A DNA stretch of 64,000 nt, from NCBI GenBank assembly GCA_050250935.1, contig JBFWNS010000003.1, forward strand, positions 160,001 through 224,000, in the 5' to 3' direction. The DNA is from Candidatus Margulisiibacteriota bacterium (lineage in GTDB: Bacteria; Margulisbacteria; Marinamargulisbacteria; JBFWNS01). A program made the translations under genes and the position numbers. Every line of letters begins with the position of its first letter. Within the stretch, counting starts at the first letter, position 1. Shown piece by piece: positions 48,753 through 57,118 of this stretch. The notes under the pieces were generated by a model. That model worked only from the letters and a program-made list of their open reading frames with translations. It was not told the origin of the DNA and did no database searches.

Positions 48753-50801
48753 ATGTTATCCCTTACAGCTATTCCCTTTGTTCTTTTGGGTATTTTGTTT
48801 CTTACCGCTACCTATTTTCTGCTTAGTTTAAGATCCTCTCCATCCCTTTCCAAAATTCAAACCGAAGAAGATCCCGCTTTTGAAACCATTTCCTTGGTTC
48901 AAGATGGGTTAAACGCCTATTTGTTCAGGCTGTTAAGCAGTATCGGTCAGCTGATTTTGTATTCGTCTTTGTTGTTGATTTTGGTTTCCTTTTTAGCCCA
49001 CCGGCCCGTTGCTTGGATTCAAATCGGGTCCTTTGTTCTTGGCGGTGTTGTCATGATGGTCTCGACTGCGATTTTGGTCTATGCAACCCCTCGCTTTTCG
49101 TTGTATATCCTTCGCAACAGCAAGGCCTTTTTAACCGAATGTTTAGAGGTTTTGTATAAGTCTAGTGTTATTTTGGGTTTTTTAAGTATTGGGGTGATCG
49201 GCGCTGGTTTTTTAATTTGCAACTTGATATTGGGCACAACTGCTACGATTGGGTTTAGTGCCGGGGTTTGTTTGGCCGCTTTTTTTATGAGGATTGGCGG
49301 AGGCCTTTACAAGGCTGGCAGCGAAATTGCAACTTTGACCATTACCATTACAGACCCCAAACTGCCGGCCTTTGATAAACGAAGCCCTGCAACGCTTTTA
49401 AACTTGGCCGGCGATACCATCGGCAAACTGATTGGGTTTGGCTCTGATATTGCCTCGTCCTTTATTTTTACCTTTACAGCGGTTTTACTGCTTGGCTTTA
49501 CCGTTTTTGGCCGACATCCACTTACCAGTGCGTTGCTGTCTTTTCCTTCTTTGGTGATTGCGGCAGGATTTTTGGCAGCAGTTTTGGCGGCAGGCATTGC
49601 AATTTTACGGATTCGACAAAAAATGTTTAACAATGTTTTGTTAGAAGGGCTTTATGGCGCCGTGATTTTGTGCGCGGTTTTAACCTATGGTATTTCTCGG
49701 ATGCTTCATTTAAACCTTCGATTGTCCTTGGTTAAAGTTGGGGATATTTCGCTTTTCCCAGCCTATTTTATTGGCTTGGTCGGAGCAGTTCTGATTGCGT
49801 TTACCACCGAATATTTAACCTCGTTCCGATTTCGGCCCGCCAAAAAATTGGCCAAAGAAGCCGAAAATGGCGCCGCTATTTCCTTGATTAATAGTATTTC
49901 TTTGGTGTTTAGAAGTCAGGGCATTTACGGGCTTTATCTGATTGCGATTGGGGCAAGCGTTTATTATTTGGCTGGCATTTATGGCTTTGCGATGGCCAGC
50001 ATGGGCATGCTTTCGGCTACAGCCATGTTGCTCTCGATTACGGGTTTTTCGGCGCTTGCCAGACATTTGCATAAGGTTGCTGCGTTGTCTGATTTGAATC
50101 AGACCACTCAAAAAAACACAGCCAAAATGGACAGCATTGGAAACACCACCCAATCGTTGGGCAATGGGTTTTCGTCCGGAGCTGCGATTTTGTCTACGAT
50201 GGGACTTTTTTGCGCTTTAATTGTGATGGGACAACTGTCCTTTGATTTATTCCGACTCGTTACGTTGGACTGGGTGGTTGGCGTTGTCATGGGAACGGCC
50301 TTGCCCTTTTTGTTTTCGGGGTTTGTGCTTAAGGGTCTTAATAAAGCCACTTTTACCGTGGTTAATGAACTTGAAAGACAGTTCAGAGAGATTCCTTTTT
50401 TAATCGAAGGAAAGGCCAAGCCCGATATGACCACAGCTTCGGATACCCTGTCTCGGGTGTCCATGAATGCCTTGATTATTCCAGGGTTGTTGTTGGTTGC
50501 CTTGCCAGTTGGCATTGGCTATATTTTTGGCATAAAAATGTTAATTGGCTTTGCCTCGGGGACCTTTTTAATTTGCTTTAGCCAGGCGTTTCAATGGTCC
50601 AATATTGGCGATTCTTTGGACAATGCGGCCTATCACATTCGCAGTGGGCATTTTGGTGGGAAAACCAGTGCAACCTATGGGCATATTTCGACAGCCAACG
50701 GGGTAGGGGAAGCCGCCAAAGAATTGATTGGTCCCAGCATGGGGATTGTCATGAAATCGGTGACCATTGTGTCGTTGATGGTGATCTATCTGTTTCAATA
50801 G
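48753..50801 (+). CDS. Membrane pyrophosphatase (HppA-family) homolog with degenerate active site
   Basis: Multi-TM protein with family landmarks F.RIGGG.Y, TEY.TS, GNTT..LG.GF, RQFREIP...G.AKPD, DNA, GGK.S and GPS; catalytic Asp/Lys motifs are replaced. Confidence 0.85.
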   Translation: MLSLTAIPFVLLGILFLTATYFLLSLRSSPSLSKIQTEEDPAFETISLVQDGLNAYLFRLLSSIGQLILYSSLLLILVSFLAHRPVAWIQIGSFVLGGVVMMVSTAILVYATPRFSLYILRNSKAFLTECLEVLYKSSVILGFLSIGVIGAGFLICNLILGTTATIGFSAGVCLAAFFMRIGGGLYKAGSEIATLTITITDPKLPAFDKRSPATLLNLAGDTIGKLIGFGSDIASSFIFTFTAVLLLGFTVFGRHPLTSALLSFPSLVIAAGFLAAVLAAGIAILRIRQKMFNNVLLEGLYGAVILCAVLTYGISRMLHLNLRLSLVKVGDISLFPAYFIGLVGAVLIAFTTEYLTSFRFRPAKKLAKEAENGAAISLINSISLVFRSQGIYGLYLIAIGASVYYLAGIYGFAMASMGMLSATAMLLSITGFSALARHLHKVAALSDLNQTTQKNTAKMDSIGNTTQSLGNGFSSGAAILSTMGLFCALIVMGQLSFDLFRLVTLDWVVGVVMGTALPFLFSGFVLKGLNKATFTVVNELERQFREIPFLIEGKAKPDMTTASDTLSRVSMNALIIPGLLLVALPVGIGYIFGIKMLIGFASGTFLICFSQAFQWSNIGDSLDNAAYHIRSGHFGGKTSATYGHISTANGVGEAAKELIGPSMGIVMKSVTIVSLMVIYLFQ

Positions 50802-50829
50802 CATTTTTTAGATAAAGGAGTTCGGTTCA

Positions 50830-51597
50830 ATGCGTAAGTTGGTTGTTGCTGGAAATTGGAAAATGGTAAAAACCTGTGCAGAAACCGAGGCTTTTGCGTC
50901 GGCTTTCTCTCAAAAAATCAATCGCTCTTTCTCTGTTGAAACCATTGTTTTTCCTCCTTTTACAAGTCTTTCTGCGGCTAGAAAAGCACTGCCCAACATG
51001 GTCAAGTTGGGTGGGCAAAACCTCTATCCGGCTATCGAAGGGGCTTTTACAGGCGAAATCTCGCCGGGCATGCTCGTCGAGCTGGGGTGTAGCCATGTAT
51101 TAATTGGGCATTCCGAACGGCGCCAGTACTTTCATGAAGACCCTGCTTTTTTAGCTCGCAAGCTAGAAGCGGCCTTTACTGCAGGTCTATGCCCTGTCCT
51201 GTGTATCGGAGAAACCCTAGAACAATACGAAGCGGGAACAACTCAGGCTGTGTTGGCGTCTCAATTGAAACAAAGCCTAGAACCCATCAAAGCGGCTTGT
51301 CTGGCCAACCCGTTTATTATTGCCTATGAACCCGTTTGGGCGATTGGTACGGGTAAAGTGGCCACGGCCGAGTATGCTCAAGAGGTTCATGCTTTTGTTC
51401 GCAAAGTTCTTGCCGATTGTTTGTCTTCGACCTTGGCTGAAACCATTCAGATTTTGTACGGCGGCTCTGTTAAACCCAATAATGCTGTAGAGCTTCTAAG
51501 CCAGCCCGATATTGACGGGGCGCTTATTGGTGGGGCCAGTTTGGATCCAGACTCGTTCTTCGATATTATTGTTGGTGCGCATGACCTTAAAAAATAA
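50830..51597 (+). CDS. tpiA: Triosephosphate isomerase
   Basis: AGNWKM, GHSERR, AYEPVWAIGTG, YGGSV and GGASL. Confidence 0.98.
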   Translation: MRKLVVAGNWKMVKTCAETEAFASAFSQKINRSFSVETIVFPPFTSLSAARKALPNMVKLGGQNLYPAIEGAFTGEISPGMLVELGCSHVLIGHSERRQYFHEDPAFLARKLEAAFTAGLCPVLCIGETLEQYEAGTTQAVLASQLKQSLEPIKAACLANPFIIAYEPVWAIGTGKVATAEYAQEVHAFVRKVLADCLSSTLAETIQILYGGSVKPNNAVELLSQPDIDGALIGGASLDPDSFFDIIVGAHDLKK

Positions 51598-51617
51598 CCC
51601 CCAAAAGGAAGGTTTTT

Positions 51618-52310
51618 ATGCTTAAAAAATGGTTTGTTTTGGCCCTTGTGTTTTCTTTTGGTTTTGTGGGTATTGCCCAAGCGGCTCCTGTTCTAAATGA
51701 GCCTATTGTTCGCATCGAAACCTCCATGGGCGATATTATTGTGAAGTTGTTTCCGGATAAAGCCCCCATTACCTGTAAAAACTTTATGGATTATATCGAA
51801 ACAGGGTTTTACAACGGCACCATTTTTCACCGGGTTATTGATAATTTCATGATCCAAGGTGGCGGTTTTGTTCCTGGTTTGAAGCAAAAGAAGACCTTGG
51901 ACCCGATTAAAAACGAAGCCTCAAATGGCCTTAAAAACAATCGGGGTACCTTGGCCATGGCCAGAACCTCGGTGGTGGACAGTGCAACGGCTCAGTTTTT
52001 TATCAACTTGCGCGACAATGCCCATCTTAATTTTCAAAACAGCAGCCAAAATGGTTTTGGCTATGCGGTGTTTGGCGAAGTGATTTCTGGGATGGACGTG
52101 GTTGATCGTATTGCCAAAGTCAAAGTAACCCGGGTTAGCTATTACGAAAACGTGCCCGAAGAAGATGTGGTGATTAAAAGCATGTCGATTTTGCGAAAAC
52201 CAGAAGTGGAATCCGCAAAGAAAACGCCAACTGCCAACCCCGTGGTTTCAACCCCCAGTGCCCAATCCACAAGCCCGTCTGTAAACGAGCCTGTGGTTAT
52301 TGGCTATTAA
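51618..52310 (+). CDS. Periplasmic cyclophilin-type peptidyl-prolyl isomerase
   Basis: Signal peptide; FHRVIDNFMIQGGG, GTLAMART, AQFFIN and GYAVFG. Confidence 0.94.
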   Translation: MLKKWFVLALVFSFGFVGIAQAAPVLNEPIVRIETSMGDIIVKLFPDKAPITCKNFMDYIETGFYNGTIFHRVIDNFMIQGGGFVPGLKQKKTLDPIKNEASNGLKNNRGTLAMARTSVVDSATAQFFINLRDNAHLNFQNSSQNGFGYAVFGEVISGMDVVDRIAKVKVTRVSYYENVPEEDVVIKSMSILRKPEVESAKKTPTANPVVSTPSAQSTSPSVNEPVVIGY

Positions 52311-52316
52311 ACCGTT

Positions 52317-53189
52317 CTATCTCTGGCTTTTTTGAAACGCCTCGACAGTGTTTTGCATCAGCATGGCAATGGTCATTTTGCCAACGCCGCCGGGGACTGG
52401 GGTGATGTCGCAGCAATGATTTACAACCGCGTCAAAATCCACGTCGCCGACTAGTTTATACCCTTTGGGTGAATTTGGATCTTCAATTCGGTTAATGCCA
52501 ACATCAATCACAACCGCGTTTGGGTTTACCATGTCGGCAGTAATGAATCGAGGCTTCCCAATGGCTGCCACCAAGATATCGGCTTGTTGGGTAATGCTGG
52601 CCAGATTTTGGGTCTGAGAATGGCAAATTGTTACGGTTGCGTTGGCTTGCAGCATCATGGCCATTTGGGGTTTTCCCACAATGTTGCTTCGCCCAACAAT
52701 CACCACATGTTTTCCTTTGGGGTCGATGTTATAAAACGAGAGTAGGGCCATTACCCCATAAGGTGTACAGGATTTTAGACAGGGTTCTCCCAATAGCAAG
52801 TTTCCAATATTAATGGGATGAAAGCCATCTACATCCTTTTCCGGTGCAATAAGACGCAATAAACGGCTTTCATTAAGCCCTTTTGGCAGGGGCAGTTGCA
52901 GCAAAATTCCGTGGACATCGTGCCTGGCATTCAGTTCTAAAATAAGGCTTTCGATGTCTGTTTCGGAGGCTGTTTTGGGCAACAAAAACTCGAATGAGGC
53001 GATCCCAATGGCTTCGCAGGCCCTTTTTTTGGCCCCAACATAGGTTTGGGAAGCGGGGTTATCGCCCACCAAAATAACAGCCAACCCTGGGCGTTTTCCT
53101 GTTGTTTGGACGCTGTTTTGAATGTCGGTTTTCAGGCTATCCAAAACATGGTTTGAAACCACAGACCCATCGAGCAATCGTGTAGGCAT
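52317..53189 (-). CDS. folD: Methylene-THF dehydrogenase/cyclohydrolase
   Basis: Y...K, QLPLP, KDVDGFHP, GRSNIVGKP and TPVPGGVG. Confidence 0.97.
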   Translation of the reverse strand: MPTRLLDGSVVSNHVLDSLKTDIQNSVQTTGKRPGLAVILVGDNPASQTYVGAKKRACEAIGIASFEFLLPKTASETDIESLILELNARHDVHGILLQLPLPKGLNESRLLRLIAPEKDVDGFHPINIGNLLLGEPCLKSCTPYGVMALLSFYNIDPKGKHVVIVGRSNIVGKPQMAMMLQANATVTICHSQTQNLASITQQADILVAAIGKPRFITADMVNPNAVVIDVGINRIEDPNSPKGYKLVGDVDFDAVVNHCCDITPVPGGVGKMTIAMLMQNTVEAFQKSQR

Positions 53190-53596
53190 TAGGATTCCTT
53201 GGTTAGCAAATGCCGATTGTCTTCGACACCCGTGGCAAATTTGTCGTAGCTGCCTTCTTTATAGCCTTGTTCTTGGCGCTTATGATTAAGGTCGTTCTTT
53301 TTGAAGTACAACTCGAAGACCTCTTGGGCGTTCATCCCAGAAATGGTGCACATGGACACCCAAAAATGTAACATGTCCACCAGCTCGATTTTGATGTTAT
53401 CCCAATCGTCTTCGCCTTTTTTCCACCATTTCCAACCGAGGCTATCAATGGCTTCTGCCGATTCCTGGCGCAGGGCCAATTCGAATTGCATGAACCATTT
53501 TTTACGAATTTCGGGGTCTTGAATGTCCGTGTAGAGGTCGGGATTAATACGTTTATTGAGTTCGATTTGTTTGTCAAAAACGGCTTGTAAGTCCAT
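53189..53596 (-). CDS. Dimeric all-alpha dUTPase-like NTP pyrophosphatase
   Basis: E..E....WKWWK, E.VD.LHF and K..LN..RQ..GY motifs; stop overlaps the folD start (TAATG). Confidence 0.85.
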   Translation of the reverse strand: MDLQAVFDKQIELNKRINPDLYTDIQDPEIRKKWFMQFELALRQESAEAIDSLGWKWWKKGEDDWDNIKIELVDMLHFWVSMCTISGMNAQEVFELYFKKNDLNHKRQEQGYKEGSYDKFATGVEDNRHLLTKES

Positions 53597-53741
53597 GGGA
53601 ATCTCCTTGGTTATCGCTGAGGTTTAAACCCAGTAGTATAGGTCATTTTTTTTCACTTTCACAACCCAAAAATCCGTGATAGGATTCGCCAACTTTTCCT
53701 GTAAAGTCAGCTATAAAATTTAAGTAAGGGAGTTTTCCGTT

Positions 53742-56087
53742 ATGCGTAAACTGATTGCCCTTCGTGCGCCGCTTGGGTTAACAACACCCATTGCATTAAG
53801 CCCTTTTTTGGATGGATTGGGAGGCGAATCTGCTTTCCAGGTTTCCCTTCAAGCTGGTGCCGCTTCGCAATCAGGTATCTCCATTTATCCGTTTCATCTT
53901 GGGGATGTAAAGGGTTTGGAAGTTCCTCAAGCTTTTCGTACTGCCATTGCGGAGGCTGCATTAAATGCGGCTATCACCTATACCCCAACTGCTGGTACGC
54001 TTGAACTTCGTCAGGAACTGGCTGCTTATTTGAGTAGCGTTTATGGGATCCCTCTCAAAGCAGACAATATTGCGGTCTCTCCGTCCAAAGAAACACTGGC
54101 TAAACTGTTTATGATGTTAATGGGGCCCGAAGCAAAATTTTCTTATCCGGTTCCTGGATACCCCATTTATGCCTCTTGGGCTTCGATGGCCGCATCTTTC
54201 TTTAATCAAGCCGATATGGCTCAGCCCTATACACTCAATCTAAATTCCGAGACACCGGGGATCGATATTGCTTCGCTTAGAAAAACACTTGAAGCGGGAG
54301 CAACTGTGGTGGTGATTAACGACGACCACAATCCCACAGGCTCTAGCATGACCCCCGAAGTTGCAGCCGAATTACAGGCCCTGTTTGCCGAATTTCCTCA
54401 GGTTTTTGTGATTTTTGATATCGCTTATAGCCAAAGTCGCTTCTCTGAAAAACCCAGCGCTGCTATGGGGCTCTTTCAGCAACTGTTTAGGGAAAATCGA
54501 GCGGCCTTTGACTGGACCTTCAGTAAGGTTGGGGCTGCAACTGGGGCTCGACTGGGGTGTGTTATCTTGCCGAACCGCGCTGTAAAAACAGATAATACCA
54601 GTATTAAAACCCTCATGGATGCCTTTAATAAACTCACTGGCAATTTAGAGTCCTGCCCACCCAGTCTTGAGCAAATTGGGCTTTTGGCTGCGTTGAAAGC
54701 GCGTGATAAATTTGATGAAACTGTGAAACGCAATAATGCTGTTTTAAAAGAACGCAGGGATGTCTTGATGGGTCATTTGGGAAATATCGAAGGGGTTAAG
54801 GCGGCAACACCAGATGCTGGGTTTTATGTCTTTGCCGATGTTACCCAATTGATTGCAGATCTGGGCTTTGGCAAAGATGTTGAAGCGTTCCGAAAAGCAG
54901 CTTTGGATGCCACAGGGGTTAGCTTTTGTACGGGCAACCATTTTGGCGAAACCGATAAATATTATCCCGATCAACGGTTTGTGCGGTTTGCGTTTTCGGG
55001 CATCACAAAAGAAGATATTGATACAGCCATGGTGAAATTTAAACAATGGATTGAAGACCGTAAGTTTGCACAAGTTCATTTTCAAGACAAAAAAGTGGCG
55101 GTTTTTGGGGCAGGGCCTGTGGGGCAACTGGCTGCACACCGGTTAAGCTTGGCTGGCGTTCAAACCACTCTGGTTACCCGCAACGCCTATGAAGCTGTTC
55201 AGGATCATGGGGTTCAAGTCACTTTACCCGTTCCAATGACGTCTAAGCCGGAGGTTGTTCGAACTGCAGGCGAATTAACGGGTCCTTTGGATGTCATTTT
55301 TATTGCCAACAAAGTTACCGATGATATCAGAGACCAGATTCGCCATTTGGTGGGGCCTCAAACCCAAATTGTTTGTTTGCAAAACGGCATTACGGCAGGA
55401 GATGCCTACCAGCAGGCTTTCCCTGACAATATCGTGGCCCAAGTTTCGATTTCGGTTCAAATTCGTCGCGATGGGGACGCGTTTACCATTCCCAAAGAAT
55501 TGGGCTGGAAAATGGGGCCAAAACGTCCCGATCAACAGGCCTCGGACTTGAAAGATTTGGCCCAGGCCCTTCGTGGTGTCGGGTTTAAAAACACCGAAGC
55601 GGTTGATCCCAAACCTATGCAAACCGCAGCCTGGGAAAAGCTGATTCGCAACTTGGCCAATTTTGCAGTATTGCAACTGGCCTTGGTTGGAAAAGGCCAA
55701 ACCTATGGGGATCTGTTGGCAGACGATGCCGCCCCAGTCCGGGCCCAAGTGCAAGTTGCTTTGGACGAATTATTAGGCATTGCTAGGTCTCGAGGTGTTG
55801 AGTTACCGAAATCCTCCAGCGACTACATGCGCGACATTTTAGCCTATGTTAAAACCGGCCACATCTGCACCACGTTGAATGCTTATGCCCAAGGCCTGGA
55901 AATTGAAGATTTATTGGCCGATGTGATCGGATTGGCTGGCAAGGAGTCAACATCTGCACTTGCGGAGCTCCAGGCACCTGTTTTGCAACACAATAAAGAA
56001 CCCAAGCAACACACCCTAAAAGAAGGGCTTCAAGATGCCAAGACATTGGAAGCGTTGTATCAAAAAGCACTTCTTGAGGTGCGGTGA
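53742..56087 (+). CDS. Fusion of PLP-dependent class I/II aminotransferase and ketopantoate-reductase-like (ApbA/PanE) dehydrogenase
   Basis: aa ~20-445: FHLGD, PGYPIY, HNPTG, DIAY, TFSK, G.RLG, VRFAFS. aa ~450-781: AVFGAGPVG, IFIANK, CLQNGI, WEKLIRN, EIE. One uninterrupted frame. Confidence 0.85.
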   Translation: MRKLIALRAPLGLTTPIALSPFLDGLGGESAFQVSLQAGAASQSGISIYPFHLGDVKGLEVPQAFRTAIAEAALNAAITYTPTAGTLELRQELAAYLSSVYGIPLKADNIAVSPSKETLAKLFMMLMGPEAKFSYPVPGYPIYASWASMAASFFNQADMAQPYTLNLNSETPGIDIASLRKTLEAGATVVVINDDHNPTGSSMTPEVAAELQALFAEFPQVFVIFDIAYSQSRFSEKPSAAMGLFQQLFRENRAAFDWTFSKVGAATGARLGCVILPNRAVKTDNTSIKTLMDAFNKLTGNLESCPPSLEQIGLLAALKARDKFDETVKRNNAVLKERRDVLMGHLGNIEGVKAATPDAGFYVFADVTQLIADLGFGKDVEAFRKAALDATGVSFCTGNHFGETDKYYPDQRFVRFAFSGITKEDIDTAMVKFKQWIEDRKFAQVHFQDKKVAVFGAGPVGQLAAHRLSLAGVQTTLVTRNAYEAVQDHGVQVTLPVPMTSKPEVVRTAGELTGPLDVIFIANKVTDDIRDQIRHLVGPQTQIVCLQNGITAGDAYQQAFPDNIVAQVSISVQIRRDGDAFTIPKELGWKMGPKRPDQQASDLKDLAQALRGVGFKNTEAVDPKPMQTAAWEKLIRNLANFAVLQLALVGKGQTYGDLLADDAAPVRAQVQVALDELLGIARSRGVELPKSSSDYMRDILAYVKTGHICTTLNAYAQGLEIEDLLADVIGLAGKESTSALAELQAPVLQHNKEPKQHTLKEGLQDAKTLEALYQKALLEVR

Positions 56088-57118
56088 TTTTTAAGCGGAT
56101 GAGTGTTGATTTTCGGTCTGCGGACTTTCCATGGTTTTCGACTTGGCAGCAGCTGTTGCCAGGTCTTAAGCAGGAAAATCTTATTTCTGTTGCTAAAGTG
56201 CTAGCCCCGGACATTGCTACCTGGGCTAGGGCAGAACAAATTCTGCCGCTTTCCGAAGAAACATTGGTTACCATCTATATTCCGTTGGCTTTTTGGGTTC
56301 AAGCACAAGCTTCTATGTGTCAACGCCCCGTTATTATTGGACTTAATGGGGCACAAGGGTCAGGAAAATCAACCCTTTCTGGTCTTTTGAAATTGATTTT
56401 AGAACGAGGACTTCAAACCCCAACCGCCGTTTTGTCTTTGGATGATTTGTACAAATCCCATGCCGATCGACAGCAGATGGCGGTAAAAACTCATCCCTTG
56501 TTTGCAAACCGAGGGGTTCCGGGAACCCACGATACGGCTTTGGGGTGCCAGGCTTTTACCCAGCTTAAGGCCAGGCAAGACGCGGTTTTCCCCCGTTTTG
56601 ATAAAAAAGCGGCACAAGGCTCTGGGGATCGATTGCCAGAAGCGCAGTGGACTCGTGTGCCAAAGGACACACAAGTGGTGTTGTTCGAAGGCTGGTTTGT
56701 GGGGGCGGCCCCTTTAATGGAGTCAGATTTGATGGCATCGCCAAACCGCCGAGAAACCCTTGAAGACCCGCAAGGGATTTGGCGACAGCACTGGAACCAA
56801 GCACTTGCAACGGACTATCAAACCCTCTTTGGTTTTTTAGATCGATTAATTGTTTTACAAATTCCTGGCATGAAAACAGTCTATCGCCAACGCGAAGAAC
56901 AAGAAGCCAAGTTGCGTTTAAGTGTTTCTGGGAGCTCGGATTCCACAGCCGGAGCCATGACCCCAGCGCAGGTTGAAAATTTTATTGCGCTGTTTGAACG
57001 GCTTACCCAATATCAGCTCTCCACGTTGCCTTTAACTGCAGACCTGCTTTTTCGCGTGGATGACCAACATCAGATTACCCATTTGCAGCCAAAAGGTGTT
57101 AAACTTTCCAGACTATGA
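56084..57118 (+). CDS. D-glycerate 3-kinase-like P-loop kinase (GLYK/Tda10 type)
   Basis: IIGLNGAQGSGKST, LSLDDLY, RGVPGTHD, PRFDK...GDR, LFEGWFVG and R.EQE..L; GTGA overlap with the upstream stop. Confidence 0.82.
   Translation: MIFKRMSVDFRSADFPWFSTWQQLLPGLKQENLISVAKVLAPDIATWARAEQILPLSEETLVTIYIPLAFWVQAQASMCQRPVIIGLNGAQGSGKSTLSGLLKLILERGLQTPTAVLSLDDLYKSHADRQQMAVKTHPLFANRGVPGTHDTALGCQAFTQLKARQDAVFPRFDKKAAQGSGDRLPEAQWTRVPKDTQVVLFEGWFVGAAPLMESDLMASPNRRETLEDPQGIWRQHWNQALATDYQTLFGFLDRLIVLQIPGMKTVYRQREEQEAKLRLSVSGSSDSTAGAMTPAQVENFIALFERLTQYQLSTLPLTADLLFRVDDQHQITHLQPKGVKLSRL

Noticed and set aside
48753..50801. Calling the mPPase homolog a pseudogene or a normal hppA
   Set aside because: There are no stops or frameshifts over 682 codons, so it is not an evident pseudogene. 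Catalytic motifs are missing, so a functional hppA label is unsupported.
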